Positions 24,770 through 38,620 of a DNA stretch of 44,020 nucleotides are shown piece by piece. The translations under genes and the position numbers were made by a program. The notes below the pieces were generated by a model, which did no database searches, had not been told where the DNA came from, and saw nothing but the letters and a program-made list of their open reading frames with translations. The stretch comes from Chiloscyllium plagiosum (taxonomy: Eukaryota), in the NCBI RefSeq assembly GCF_004010195.1, contig NC_057759.1, positions 900,112-944,131 on the forward strand, read 5' to 3'. Numbering within the stretch: the stretch's first letter is position 1; each line of letters begins with the position of its first letter.

Positions 24770-26686
24770 TCAAGAGATGTGGCATTGTTAGTCAAGGCCA
24801 ACAGTATGGTGGCAGAAAGGAGGTTTGACGATTCATCTATTGAGATAGTATGGACTGAGGTTAGAAACAGGAAAGGAGAGGTCACCCTCTTGGCAGTTTT
24901 TTACAGGCTTCCAAGAGTTCCATAGATGTAAAGGAAATGTTAGCAAAGATGATTCTTGATACGAGCGAGAGTGACAGGGTAGCTGTTATGGGGAACTTAA
25001 ACTTTCGAAATATTTACTGGCACTACAGTAGTTCGAGTACTTTAGATGGGGCAGTTTTGTCCAAGGTGAGTAGGACGTTTTCTTGAAAAAGTATGTAGAC
25101 AGGCCAGCAAGTGTTGAGACCACATTTGATTTGGTACTGGATAATGAACACGGTCAAGTGTTAGATTTGGAGGTAAGTGAGCACTTTGGTGATAGTGACC
25201 GCAATTCGATTATGTTTACTTTAACTATGGAAATGAAGAGGTATATAACGCAGAGCAAAAGTTACAGCTGGAACAAAGACGTGATGTGATTAGGCAAGAT
25301 TAAGAATGCATTGGGTAGGGAAGAAAACTGTAGGGGATGGGCATAACTGAAATGTGGAGCTTATTCAAGGAACATCTACCACGTTTCTTTGATGCGTGCA
25401 TACCTGTCAGGCAGTGAAAATGTGTTCGAGCGAGGCAGCCGTGGTTTACAAAAGAAATTGAAGCTCTTGTCAAGAGGAAAAAAAGGTTTGCATGATAATG
25501 AGACGTGGAAGCTCAGTTAGGGTGCTTGAGAGTTAAAAGTTAACCAGGAAAGATCTAAAGAGAGACTAAGAAGAGCGAGGATTGCATGCGACATCGTTGG
25601 GAGATAGGATCAAGGAAAACCCTAAGGCTTCGTATAGCTTTATCAGGAATAAAGGAATGACTTGAGTAATATTTGGGCAAATCAAGGATTGTATGGGCGT
25701 CTGTGCGTGGAGTCAGAGGAAATAGGAGAAGCGCTAAATGAATATTTTGCGTCAGTATTCACACCGGAAAAAGACGATATCGTCTAGGAGAATACTGAGC
25801 TAGAGGCTACTAAAATAGATGGGGGTGAGGGGCACAACGTGGAGGTGTTAGCAATGCTGGAAAGTGTGAAAATAGATAAGTCCCCGAGGTCGGATAGGAT
25901 TTAACTTGGAAATGGCTTTGATCTTTGTGCCGTCATTGCTTACTAGAATAGTACCAGAAGACTGGAAATTAGCAAATGTTCCTTTGTTCAAAAAGAGCAG
26001 TAGAGACAACCCTGGTTATTATAGACCAGTGAGCCTTATTTCGGTTGTGGGTAAACTGTTGGAAAAGTGTATAAGAGATAAGCTTTATAATCATTTTGAA
26101 ATTAATACGTTGATTAGGGATAGTTTTGTGAAGGGCAGATCGTGTCTCATAAACCTTACTGCGTTCTTTTACTTGGTGACTAAACAGGTGGATGAGGGTA
26201 GGTTGGTTCATGTGGTGTATATGGATTTGAGTAAGGCGTTTGATAAGTTTCCACACGGTAGGCTATTGCACAAAATACATGGGATTCAGGGTGATTTAGC
26301 GGTTTGGATCACAAATTGACTCCAAGAAAGAAGACAGATGATGATGGTTGATGGGAAATGTTCAGCCTGGAATTTAGTTACTAGTGGTGTACCGCTAGTA
26401 CACTGCTGTTCGTCATTTTTTTATAAATTATCAGGATGACGACTAAAAGTTTGGGTTATTAAATTTGCCAATGACACTAAGATCGCTGGAGTTGTGCATA
26501 GTGCCGAAGGATGTTGTGGGTTACCAAGGAACAGAGATAAGTGGCAGAGCTGCGCTGAGAGTTGGCAAATGGAGAATAATGTGGAAAAGTGTAAGGTGAT
26601 TCACTTTGGAATGAGCAACAGGAATAAAGAGTACTGTGTAAAGGTTAGAATCTTGGCAGTGCCGATGTAAAGGGAGATATTGGTGC
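24770..26686 (+). mobile_element. CR1 LINE ORF2 (APE to RT), 5' part before a Penelope insertion
   Basis: WTEVRNRKGEVTLL, DLVLDNE..EHFGDSD, VPEDWKLANV.LFKKSSRDNPGYYRPVSL and YMDLSKAFDK, with many stops. Confidence 0.92.
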
Positions 26687-27960
26687 TGAAAGTGTAGAGT
26701 TGGAAAAGTGCAGCAGGTCAGGCAGCATCCGAGGTGCGGGAGAATCGATGCTTCAGGGATAAGCCCTTCATTGGAAATGAGGTTTACTGGCAGGGGGCGG
26801 CTAAAATTTAACTGGGAGGGGGGTGGGTTGAGCGGAAGTTAGCTGTGAATGTGATAGTTGGATGAGGTTGGGGAGAAAGTGATAGGTCGGAGAAGAGGAT
26901 GGGGTGAACAGATTGGAAATGGGATGTATAGATGTAGAGGGTGGTACCGATTTGGAGGCTTGAGACTGGAATGATGTTAAGGGAGGGGATATGAGGAAAC
27001 AGGTGAAATCCACGTTTTTCCTGTGTTGTTGCAGTTTGCCAAGGTGGAATATGAGGTGTTCTTCCTCCAGATGTCAGGTGGTAAGGGTGTGGTGATGGAG
27101 GAGGCTCAGGACCTGCATGTCTTTGGTGGGTGGAAGGGGCAGTTGAAGTGTTCAGCCACATGACGGTGGGGTTGGTTAGTGTAGTTGTCCCTGATATGCT
27201 CACTAAAAGGGTCCGCCAGTTGGCATCCTGTCTCCACGATGTAGAGGAGACCACATCTGCTGTAATGACGTTGATGGAAGTATAGGTAAATTTCTGTTGG
27301 ATGTGGAAGGATTCTTTTATGCATTGGACGGAGGTGAGGGGGGAGATGTATGCGCAGGCTTTGCAATTCCTGTGGTGGCAGGGGAAGGTGCCAGAATGGG
27401 ATGTGGGCAGGCAGCTGGCTTGGATCTGACGAGGGAGGAAATGGTCTCACTGGAATGTCGACAGGCGTGGGAAGGTAAATGTAAGTTTGGTGGTGGGGTT
27501 CTTTTGTAAGTGACGGAAGTGGCAGAGGATGATGCAATGGATATGGAGGCTGGTAAGGTGGATGGTGAGGTCCAGGGGCTTCTGTCATTGTTGCATTGGG
27601 AGGGGTCTGGTTCAAGGGTGGGGATGTGGAAAGAGGAGATGTGCTCGAGGCCATCGTCGATCACGTGGAAAGGGAAATTGCGAAATTGGTAGATGGAGGC
27701 CATCTGGGATATTCGAAGGTGGAATTAGTCATCCTTGGAGCAGATGCAGCTGAGGCAGAAGACTTGGGAATATAGGATGGTGTTTTTACAGAAGGTAAGT
27801 TGGGAGGAGTTGTAGTTTCGGGAGCTGTGGGAGTCGGGGGCCTTGTAGTAGATTTCCATGGTCGTTGCTCACCGGAGGTGGAGATGGAAAGATCAAGGAA
27901 GGCGAGGGAGGTGAAAGAGATTATCCAGGTGTGAAAGGTAGTCGTGAAGTTGGTGAAGTT
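26687..27960 (-). mobile_element. Penelope-like element, left inverted arm (RT end, GIY-YIG, terminal repeat)
   Basis: ORF 27106..27654 contains SRCGLLYIVETGCQLADPFSEH..RHVAEHFN. The terminal repeat is at 26687-26780. Confidence 0.88.
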
Positions 27961-29514
27961 AAACCTTCAACAACTTCTTCCAATCGTCCCACTTTCTCCA
28001 AACCAAATGGGAAGCCACAGGCACCCGCATGGGACTCAGCTATGCCTGCCTCTTCATCCACTATGTGGAACAGTCCATCTAGCGCAGCTACATTGGCTCC
28101 ACCACCAGCCCTCCTCTGCTACATTGATGACTGTATTAGTGCTACCTCATGCTCCAGCTAGGAAGTTAAACAGTTTACCAACTTCTGCAACACTTTTTAC
28201 TCGACCTCAAATTCAACTGGACTATATCGGAACCTCCCTTCCATTCTTGGACATCGCCATCTCCAAATCTGGTGACCAACTTACCATGGATATCTACTAC
28301 AAACCCATTGACTCTTATAGGTACCTGGACTACAGCTCCTCCCATTCTACCTCCTGTAAAAATACCAACCCTTATTCCAAATTCCTTGGCTGACGCTCCA
28401 TCTGTTCCCAGACAGACCAATACCGCCTCAGAAAATCCCAGATGGGTTCCGACTTCTAAGATCGCAATTTCGCTTCCCACATTGTCAACGATGCCCTCCA
28501 GCTCATCTCCTCCACTTTCCACAACTCCACCCTTGTACCCGACACCGTGCAATGCAACAAGGACAGAAGCATTCCGGCCCTCACCTTCCACCCCACAAGC
28601 CTCCATATACCTCGCTTCATCTTGTCCACTTCCACCACCTGCAAATGGACCCAACCAGCAAAGATATATTATCCTCCCCGCCCAATCAGCGTTCTGGAGA
28701 GACCATTCCCTCTGCAACTTCCTCGTCAAATCCATGCCCACCAACAGCACACACCCCACTCCCAGCACCTTCACCTGCCAACACAGGAATTGAAAAGCCT
28801 GCACCCATACCCACCTCACCTCCGTCCAAGACTCCAAAGGATCCTTCCACATCAGACAGAAATTTAACTGTACTTCCCCAGTATCACCGACTGCATCTGT
28901 GGCACTCGATGTGGTCTCGTCTACATCCGGGAGACAGGACGCCAGCTTGTGGATCTGTTCAGACAGCATGTCTGGGACAGCCGCACCAACCAAACACACC
29001 ATCGCGTTGCTGAATGCTTCAACGTCCCCTCCCACTCTACCAAGGACATGCAGTTCGTGAACCTCCACCATTGCCACACCTTTACCACCCGATACCTGGA
29101 GGAAAGACGCCTCGTGTTCTGCCTTGCGATACTGCAACCTCACAGGATCAATGTGGATTTCGCCAGTTTCATCATTTTCCCTTCCTCCGCATTATCCCTG
29201 TCCCAAGCCTCCAACTTCGTACCGTCCTCTTGACCTATTTGTCCCTTCTCCCATTTACGCTTTCCACCCTCCTCTGCGACCCATCACTTTTTCGCACACC
29301 TTTAATCTACATATCGGATTCTTAGCTACCTTTCCCCAGACCCACCTTCTTCCCATTTACTTCTCAGCCCACGGCTCACAAGCCTCATTCCTGATGAAGG
29401 GTTTATGACGGTAATCGATTCTATGGCTCCTCGGATGCTGCCTGAACTGCTGTGTTTTTCCAGCACCGCAGTATCGCCTCTGATCTCCAGTATCTGTGGT
29501 CCTCACTTCCTCCC
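27961..29514 (+). mobile_element. Penelope-like element, right arm (RT core, GIY-YIG, terminal repeat)
   Basis: CYIDDCI, LPFLDI..DIYYKPIDS..YLDYSSSH, RCGLVYIRETGR and VAECFN, with the terminal repeat ending cctcacttcctccc. Confidence 0.9.
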
Positions 29515-30200
29515 AGAGAGATCTCGGTGCCCATGTGAATAGATCCCTGAAATTTGCCACCCGGGTTCATGGTGTTGTTGAGAAGGCATATGGTGTGTTA
29601 GCTTTTATTAGTGGACGCATTGCATTTCGGAACCATGAGGTCATGCTGCAGCTGTACGAAGATCTCGTGCGGCTGTATTTGGAGTATTGTGTGCAGTTCT
29701 GGTCACAGCATTATAGGAAAGATGTGGAAACTTTGGAAAGGGTTAAGAGGAGATTTACTAGGATGTTGCTTGGTATGGAGGGAAGATCATACAAGGAAAG
29801 CCTGAGAGATTTGACGTTGGTTTCGTTAGAGAGAAGAAGATTGAGAACTGACTTAATTGAGACATATATGATAATCAGAGGTTTAGATCTGGTGGGCAGT
29901 GAGAGCCCTTTTCCTCGGATAGTGGTGTCTAGCACGAGAGGACATTGCTTTAAATTGAGATGTGATAGATATAGGACAGATGTTAAAGGTAGCTTCTTTA
30001 CCCAGAGAGTAGTAGGGGTGTGGAACGGACTGCCTGCAACAGTAGTAGACTCGTCAAATTTAAGGGCATTTAAATGGTTAATGGATAGACATATGAATGA
30101 AAATAGAATAGCGAAATTTAGATGGGCTTCAAATTGGTTCCATAGGGTGGCGTGATATCGAGGGCCAAAGGGCCGGAATTGCATTGTAATGTTCTATATG
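29515..30200 (+). mobile_element. CR1 LINE 3' part, resumed after the Penelope insertion
   Basis: ORF 29496..30155 RDLGAHV...LEYCVQFWS...FFTQRVVGVWNGLP continues the sequence broken at 26686. Confidence 0.93.
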
Positions 30201-30914
30201 GTTCCTGTTTATCGATGAAAACACAGCAGGAAACATATTTGAAATAGTTCTTAACACAGCAAGTCTATTTAGTACAAATCTATCTGAAAACATGTCTGCA
30301 TTTCCATCTCTTGAATGTTGCCTTTTCTTTGGCCTGTGAATGAAAGTGTTGAACTACACTCTTATGCCTGAAATTATTTGTCTTACGTTCTGTGAATGGT
30401 CGAAAGAAATATGCAGTAGAAGCCGAGTAGATTTTAATTTACTTTGCCCGGTGCATTCACTGCTCTGTTTTGTCTAAATAATGCGTCCCTGTTGAGAAGC
30501 TAAACTAAATCGTAAATATTAAATCTTAAGAGCACATGTTGTGCCTGATGTCCCCACTGTACTGGGTAATGAGCTGACATTATGATTGCCATCTAAGCAG
30601 AGAATTGCATTAATGCAGAACAGCAGATTTATCCATTGTCACAGTGGAGTATAAATGATACCTTCCCCATTAAAGTCGTTATCATAAGAAACAGACCCCC
30701 AATTCCCAATCAAGATATGAAAGTAATCAATCATCCCGATTCTCCAGAGTCTATGGCTCCTTATCGTGTGCAACATATGTTGCCCCATTTCCCATATCTT
30801 GACTGCTGAGCAGTTTCTCATTGTTGCCGTCATTGTGACTGGAACTATGGCAAACGTGAAATAAAACGAGGAACCAATGCATTTTGTAAGTTATTCATTT
30901 ATTCTCATTATTCA

Positions 30915-31744
30915 ATGATTGAAAAGTTAAGCGATATCTAAGCTTGGGTCACCACATAAATACAAGCGTTCATGGAACAACTCAGGAGCCGCAGCAAGAA
31001 GCCAAGTTCCATCACAAAAATAATTGAGAAACAAAATGCGGTACCCTAACTCCCACATCTTGTCCCACTTGGAACACAATAAAAACTGCTCATAAGAGAA
31101 TGAAATTTGCTGAAATTAAAAAAAAAGTCTGCTTCTGCTATTCATCTCTAGGTCTCTGTTTCTTAAACCACCGCTGTGAACATGCAGTCTCTTCTGGGCT
31201 CTGCTAGTCACTGAAATGTGCCTGATGGCTAAAGCAGCAGCATCAGGACAAATGGTATCCCAGGAAGTCGATTGACCCCCAGATATGAAAGAACTGAACA
31301 TTGTCTGTTGCCTCACAAAACCACGGTTCATTCCACAGCCAATACCAACTGGTTAATATATAATGCCAGGTATTTCTTTTTGAAAAAAACAACAGCTTAA
31401 CACAGTTACAGTTGGCAAAACTACAATCGCAGTTTTTTTGTCAGTGCAGTACTTATTTTTCAGATTTTGGCAGCAAATTGTGACAAATCGATCAAAGGTG
31501 AAAGTAACAGTGAACCAGACAGAACTGTCAATGGCTCCATATCGCAGAACAGCATGGGTATTACGCAAGGGGACAGACTTGAAGAAGGAAAATTGCTCCA
31601 GATAAACAATCAGAATGTGTCTCAATATCAGATCGATGATAAGTGCGAGTAAATATGCTGCAGTCATTGCTACGAGATAGCGAATAATACAATGAGAAAG
31701 ACTACACACTCTTTGGCACAGGATGAACATTGTAAATAAATTAA
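30915..31744 (-). pseudogene. GPR139/GPR142-like class A GPCR pseudogene, main coding exon
   Basis: Acceptor tttttctttcccacag at 31745+, then (V)NLFTMFIL..C..S....RYLVAM, SVWFTVTFTFDRFVTICCQNLKNKYCT, IPFVLMLL, RDLEMNSRSR, ISANFILL* and LLSCSMNACIYVVTQ. Multiple frameshifts, deletions and stops. Confidence 0.88.
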
Positions 31745-33002
31745 CTGTGGGAAAGAAAAATATTTAGGAAAACTATGCATAAGTCTGCTTCAAAAAGCAA
31801 ACTTTTGATTTCATTATCTCTTCAGAACTTTCAATGATATATTGTATCCAGACGCTTTTTAAAATATAGAACATTAAATAACACAAGAGAATGGCATAGA
31901 TGCGATGGACTGCATGAAAATTTTCATGACATGCGCATGTTGTCGAAATTCTTCACCTTAACCTCTGTCACAATCCATAGCTCGCCAGGAGTTACTCAAA
32001 AAGGTGCAAAATGTGGGCATAGTAGTAGGAAATTTCCAATCCTTAAAATATTTTCAAGGTAATAAAATATTTTCACATTGTACTTGTTTAATAGAAGAAA
32101 AACTTAGAGGAGTGAAACTTCGAGAGTTAATTGAGCCGTCAGAAGGTGCAGTCATCGTTGGGGTGTCACGTTAAACTTTGAGATGATGAGAAGTTAAGAG
32201 AAGTAGTTTTTTTTGTATCAGCGCGTTTTGTGGAGCAGTAAGACTTCACTGTTTTGGGGGACAATTAGACATGAAATTAGTTGTAATGAAGGCATTGATT
32301 TTTTCATCAAGACACTGTTTCGTGTGGAGAAAAACTGGTTGGTTTAATAAGGTCAGGCTTCACAGGTTATCATCATTTTATTTAAGTTAATACACTACTT
32401 ACAGGGGTTTTTTCGTGAACAATGTTTATTCATGTGTCGTGTGAACATCGATCTAGCAGCAAGATCATGAGATACCAGACCTGAAATTAATCATTCAAAT
32501 CATTGAGTACAGTCAATGCAATCATAGTGGCCCAGTCATTTTAAGTATGTTTCCCAACCGCACAAATGCAGCACTTGTTTCCCTTAATGCATAATTAATA
32601 TTTTTATCATAAGCATTCAATATGCTTAACAACCCAACTTATATGACCTTCCACAATCAGGAATCCCAAGGTAACCTCTTATACTTATTTAGGGAGGTAA
32701 CAATTTGACAGATAGCTTTAAGGCAGTGATTGTAATACATTGGTCTCTGAAGGAAGAAAAATATCTCTTATCTCTCTCTTTTTTATGTTTCCTCTGAGTC
32801 TGAAATTATGCCCTATAGTTATACAGTCGTTCACAAGGGGAAACAATCCTTGCTGCTCCTCCATAGAATTCCATGTAAAAAAAGTTTATCTTCCCCTCCA
32901 TATGAACTGAACAAAGAACAAAAGGATGCTACCTTTATTTTTAGCAAATTGTGCACGGCATCTCTTAAACTCCACTCTGCTGTGTTTATTTTATTCTGCA
33001 AG

Positions 33003-33255
33003 GCAAAATTGAGGACTGAAGATGCTGGAGATCAGAGTCAAGATTAGAATAGTGTTGGAAAATCACAGCAGGTCAGGCAGTATCCGAGGAGCAGGAAAAT
33101 CAATGTCTCAGACAGGAGCCGTTCATCAGGATGACGCGATTCCTGATGAAGGGCTGCTGCCCGAAACATCGATTTTCCTGCTCTTCGGATGCTGCCTGAC
33201 CTGGTGTGATTGTCCAGCACCACTCTCATCTTGCCACTTATTTTTTTTCTGCAGT
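33003..33255. mobile_element. Palindromic Penelope-derived insertion with hammerhead motif
   Basis: Inverted arms centred near 33135. CTGATGA-agggc tgct gccc-GAAAC-ATC at 33143-33170. Confidence 0.82.
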
Positions 33256-33299
33256 CTCTTCTGATTCAATTAATACTCAGCTTTTAAGTTATTCGTACC

Positions 33300-33830
33300 A
33301 ACGTGTGTAACCTCATTTCCTCCCAAATGATTATCTATCTGCATTGTTTATTTCCCATTCGCTTAACCTGCCTGCATCTCGCTGCAGACATGATATGTCA
33401 CCCTCTGCATTTGCCGTTCCCCCTACCAATTATTCAGTGCCTGAAAAAATATTGCATAGTAGATAGTATCCCATAGCATCCCATAGTATATTCACTTGCA
33501 TTGTCCAAACTGTGAACACTGAAAAATATCCAATATTACACACACTGGTATTATGGAAATCTTGTCGAAAACATGGTGAAAGTGTGTCCTTGGTCCTAAT
33601 TATATGTCTTCGATTCATTAATAAATCTGCATTCTATGTAATTTTACTGCCTACCTGAATCAGTACGGTGTCTTATGTTACAGTGTAAACTAATTCTTCG
33701 TATCATATAAAACAACTTCTGAAGAGGCAAATGAATTATATCCACCGCATTAACGTTATCTCTTTAATTGTTACATCATCAAATAAATTCAACAGGTTTG
33801 CCAACGGCAATATCCCTTTCATGAAAATAT
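33300..33830 (-). mobile_element. Highly decayed CR1 RT fragment
   Basis: aaattcaacaggtttgccaacggcaatatccctttcatgaaa resembles the reverse complement of FMKGKSCLTNLLEF. Confidence 0.55.
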
Positions 33831-34724
33831 CTATCTTGTGATATTTATTGCTTTTTCTTGTCGACTATTAGCTGAGTTGAAATCGTCAATTTCAAATGTG
33901 TTGGGTTGTAGCAGGAAATAACAAAAGAGCATTGCCAAAAGAAACCGTTTTTGTTCTGGTGTAATTATACATTCTCAGCACACGAGGGATCGAACAACAA
34001 CTGCACGGTTGCACAGTTTGCTATTCCCCAGACAGTTTCATGGAGAGAGGGAGTAAGTTATAAGAAAATAACATTTTAGCAGTTACTGGATATATTTGTT
34101 TCCATATTTACAGTATTGCATTGAATGTTGGATTTGAAGGATCATGTTTCAGCTCTATATGTTTGGCGAGATAACACAAGACCGGGAAGTTTAGATTTCA
34201 ACCTTGAAGATATGACGACAGATTGACAAAATAGCTGTGAAAGTGAGTGAAATTCTATGCATTACTGATCAATTTATCGACTTCCACAACAATTAGTGTT
34301 TTTGAGCACTTTAAAAAAAAAGACATTTAAAATAATCCATTTGGGAATTGTAGTCAATATTGTGTGCTGCCATGAAAATTTCGAATTTTTCCAAGGATTC
34401 GCTTTTCACACATAAAAAAAAGTTCTTCATCAGTGACTGAACTTCGGTAAAACACAACACATGATGTCATCCTGAAGCTCATGACCAGTGAAATAATGAC
34501 AACAAAATGCATCGGTCGTCTCATAAGTTAATAACTATATTGTACAGAATCAGACTGCATATCAAGTGATGCAGACCAACACATGAAAATGTTATATTTA
34601 TGTAACAAGTTGTTGTGGCTTGCAGTTTTCTGCAGTGGGATTTTCAATATTATTATTAAATTTTGAAAGACAATAAAATCAAAGTTTTGGGCAAATATCA
34701 ATGTCTACAACTAAATGCGTTGTA

Positions 34725-35245
34725 CTTCAATGGAAAGTGGGAACATCTCTGAGACACATGCAACAACTAACCACAGTGTCCTGTGGCCAACTTCAACTCC
34801 CCTCCCACTCTACCAAGAGCATGCAAATCCTGGGCCTCCTCCACTGCCAAATCCAAGCCTCCTAACGGCTGGAGGAAGAATGCCTTATCTTCCACCTTGA
34901 GACCCTCCAACCACATATCGCTGATTTCACCAGTTTCCTTATCTCGCCTCCTCCCACCTTATCCCAGATCCAACCCTCCAAATCGGCGCAGCACTCTTGA
35001 ATTGTCTTATGTGTCCATACTCCTTCCAAACTATCAACTCCACCCTCCCCTGCGACCTACAACTATCACCCCCACCTGTTTCTAACCATTGCCCACCCCG
35101 TGAACTTACCCACGCCCTCAAACACACCCTCCTGTCTTTTTTTCTCTCAGTCCCCTTCACTGTCCACACCTACATCCCTGATGACGAGCTTATGGACGAA
35201 ATGTCGACTTTCCTGCCCCTGGGAGGCTTCCTGACCATCTATGCT
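34725..35245 (+). mobile_element. Penelope-like (Neptune-type) 3' fragment
   Basis: cctgtggccaacttcaactcccc...ggctggaggaagaatgcctt, homologous to 15185-15765 and 28950-29514, with a decayed hammerhead at 35178. Confidence 0.8.
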
Positions 35246-35247
35246 TT

Positions 35248-35371
35248 TCAAAGTTTGTGCGAAGATTTGTAGCTCGGGTGAACGTTGTTGTGGTTCTGTT
35301 CGCCGAGCTGGAAGTTTATGTTGCAAACGTTTCGTCCCCTGGCTTAGCGACATCATCAGTGCTTGGGAGCA
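35248..35371 (-). mobile_element. Poseidon-type PLE terminal repeat with hammerhead motif (35323-35362)
   Basis: Near-identical to 14403-14488. Minus strand gca-CTGATGA...GAAAC-GTT-tgc. Confidence 0.85.
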
Positions 35372-35909
35372 TCATCTATGCTTTTGCAGGACTATACGTT
35401 TCGACTTCAGTGGAAGCAGGGCAGGATTGAGACATCACGTTGCCTTCTGGACAGTACTGTGATTCTGTGTTTCTTCCTTATCCTGCGTTTGAATTGCTTT
35501 AATAATTCAAAGGGGATTGGGAAATGAATGATTATCAGGCTGGGTTATCATTGAAGTATCAGGTTTACAGCTGAACATGGCTCTGAATCAGTTGGCCACA
35601 CATTCCAATCACGAGCAGTTAACACTGGATACAAATCCAACAGGAGACCTGAGCGCAGTAATTAACGTTTGCAGGCCATTTTATATTCATTGCGTGCAAC
35701 ACTGTGGGTGAAGTGTCATCGATGATCCGACTCATGTTCTTCAATGTACATTACGCAACCACTTGCTGATTCAGGAAATATTATTCTCTCAACGCCCGGG
35801 TTCATATGTCCATTCACAAAAAGATGGTTTCATAATAACAGATGATCTGATTGTGTTCGATTTGCTGTCTTTCTGAGCCTGCAGCGGCAGAGTGATTGGA
35901 TTGAAATGC

Positions 35910-36035
35910 ACCTACCTTCCAATGCCAAAAGTGATGCGTTTGACTTATTAAACCACGGCTCCCTCGCACGACCCTTTCCTACCTGCCTGACAGGTACATA
36001 ATTATCAAGGACACTCAATAGTTGCCCTTCCAGGT
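35910..36035 (-). mobile_element. CR1 ORF2 fragment
   Basis: VLDNYVPVRQVGKGRAREPWF. Confidence 0.75.
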
Positions 36036-36324
36036 AGCATTGAAGTCAAACCAGTCAAATATCTCTGTGAAAAGTACGAATCAGCTTTAGGATGTCACGG
36101 AGAAACTAAACAATTTGGCATGTCATTTGCTGCAGAAATCTTTGTTGGTGGACATCATAGAAAGAAAGGTTACAAGTAAGTAACTGGTTAAACCTCTGCC
36201 CTCTTGTTTTCAACTCTCTCACACGTGGGTAATACTTTGAGTATGGCTTATCTATGGCCATTAATGGCAAAACAAGTTAAGGCTTGCATATTTCATGCTA
36301 GAGTCCAGGGGACTATTATCAAAC

Positions 36325-36685
36325 AGAAATACGGAGAGGTACAAATACAAAGATCCTTGAAAGTGATGCCTCACAGGTGTGAAGAATGCGTTTGGCACAC
36401 TTGTTTTCACTGTTCAGACCACTGAGCACCGGACTTGGGAGATGACGCTATAGATGTATAAGACATTGATTCGGCTGCATTTGGAGGATTGCAAATAGTT
36501 CTGGTCCCCCTACTATAAGAAAAGAATTATTAAACTTGGAAGGAAGAAGAAAAAAATCGTACAAGAGTATGTGACACTGAGGCTGGAATATTTGAGTTTT
36601 TAGGAGAGATTAGAGAGGCTGAGATTTTGCTCCCAAGTATATAGGAGGCTCGGGAGTGAGCTTATAGGGGTTTGTAACATCAAAG
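36325..36685 (+). mobile_element. CR1 ORF2 C-terminal fragment, decayed
   Basis: MYKTLIRLHLEDCK*FWSPYYK. Confidence 0.75.
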
Positions 36686-38620
36686 ATACTCACGCCCAAT
36701 TTTGGATGTTGCACTGTTTAGGATGTAGCTAGGTTTATGAAATGTCCCATTTTTGGAATGTGGCCCAGTCTAGTTTAACGCTCAATTTAGGATGTCACCC
36801 AGCTTAGAATGAGGCCCAGTTTAGGATGAGGCCCAGTACAATATATGGTCCAGTTTACAATGAGACCTCGTGTGACTTCATGCCTAGTTAAGAATGAGGC
36901 CCAGTTCAGGATGAGGTCCATAATAGGATGAGGTCCAGTTTACGACAAAGCTCACTTTACAATGGGACAAGGTTACGATCTGGAAAAATAAAACCATGAG
37001 GCTCATGTTAGGGTGATGCACAGTTTGGAATGTGGCCCAGTTGAGGGTGAGGCCCAGTTGGGAAATGGCCCAGTTTAAGGTAAGGCCGAGTTTGCAATGT
37101 GGCATTGTTCAGGTTGAGGCTGAGTTTATGATGTAGCCTAGATTAGGGTGAGGTTGAATTTGTGACATGGCCTAGTTTAGGGTAAAGACCAGTTTGGGAT
37201 GCGGCCCAGTATAGGGTGAGGTCCAGTTTGGGATTTGGCCCTGTTTAGGGTGAAGCTCAGTTTGGAATATGGCACTTTTTAGGCTGAGGCTCAGTTTGAG
37301 ATGTGGCCAAGTTTAGGGTGAGGCCCACGTGGGATGTGGCCCAGTTTAGGGTGAGACCCAATTTGAGCTATGTCCCAGTAATGGGTGAGGCCCAGTTTGG
37401 AATGTGGCCCTGTTTAATGTGAGGCCTAGTAGGGATGTGGCCCAGCTTAGGGTTTTGCCCAGTTTGGAACAAAGACACATTTAGTCCGAGGCCCAGGTTT
37501 GGATGTGACCTAGTTCATGGTGAGTCTCAGTTTCGGATGTGGCCCAGTTTAAGATGAGGTCTAGTTTAGGATGAGAACCAATTTTGGATGAGGCCCAGTG
37601 TAATATATGGCCTGTTTAAAATCAGGCCCAGTTTAGGATGGGATCCAGTTTACGATGGGGACCACTTTACGATGGGGCCAAGTTTGCAATGTGAAGAAAC
37701 TGTGAATGAGGCTCACCATAGAGTTAGGCCCAGTTTGGAATGTGGCCCAGTTAAGAGTGAGGCCCAGTTTGGGATGTGGCCTAGTTCAGTTGACACCCAG
37801 TTTGGGATGTGGCCCAGTTTAGGGTGAGGTCCAGTATGAGATGAGGCTCAGTTTAGGGTGAGGCCCAATTTCTGATGTGAACCTGTTTAGTGTGAGGCCC
37901 AATTTGGGATGTGGCCTAATTCACGGTGAGGCCCAGTTTGTGATATGGCCCAAATTAGGATGAGACCCAGTTTGTGTTGTGGCCCAGTTTAGGTTGAGTC
38001 GCAGTTTGTGTTGTGGCCCAGTTTAGGGTGAGGCCTACTTCGGGACATAGCCTAGTTTATTATGAGGCCGCATTTGTGTTGAGGCCCTGTTTAGGTTGTG
38101 GCCCGGACTGGAATGTTGCCTAGTTTATGGTGAGGCTCATTTTGGGATGTAGCCTAATTTAGTGTAAGGCCCAATTTGGGATGTGGCTCAGTTTAGGGTG
38201 CAGCCAACTTTGGGGATGTGGCTTAGTTTTGTGTAAGGCCCAATTTGGGAAGTGGCCCAGTTTAGGGTGAGGCCCAGTTCGGGGTATAGCCCAGTTTAGG
38301 GGGCAGCCCACTTTAGGATGTGACTAGTTTAGTTTGAGGCCCAATTTGGGTTGAGGCCCAGTTAAGGGTGAGTCCCAGTTTGTGATGTGACTCAGTTTAA
38401 GGTGTGGCCCAGTTTGAAATGTAGCCCAGTTTGGAATGAGGCTCAGTTTAGGACAATGCCCAGTTTAGGCTGAAGCCCAGTTTAAGACAAGGTCCAGTTT
38501 AGTATGAGGCCTAGTTTGTGGTAGGACTAGTTTAGGATGTGGCACGGTTATTTTTGATTCCCAGTTTAGGATCAGCCCCAGTCTAGGATGAGGCTTAATT
38601 TAGGATGGTACTCAGCTTTT

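Noticed and set aside
33430..33618. ORF as first exon of the GPCR (YYLLCNIF resembles the TM1 start)
   Set aside because: It lies within a decayed minus-strand CR1 RT and has no suitable splice donor.
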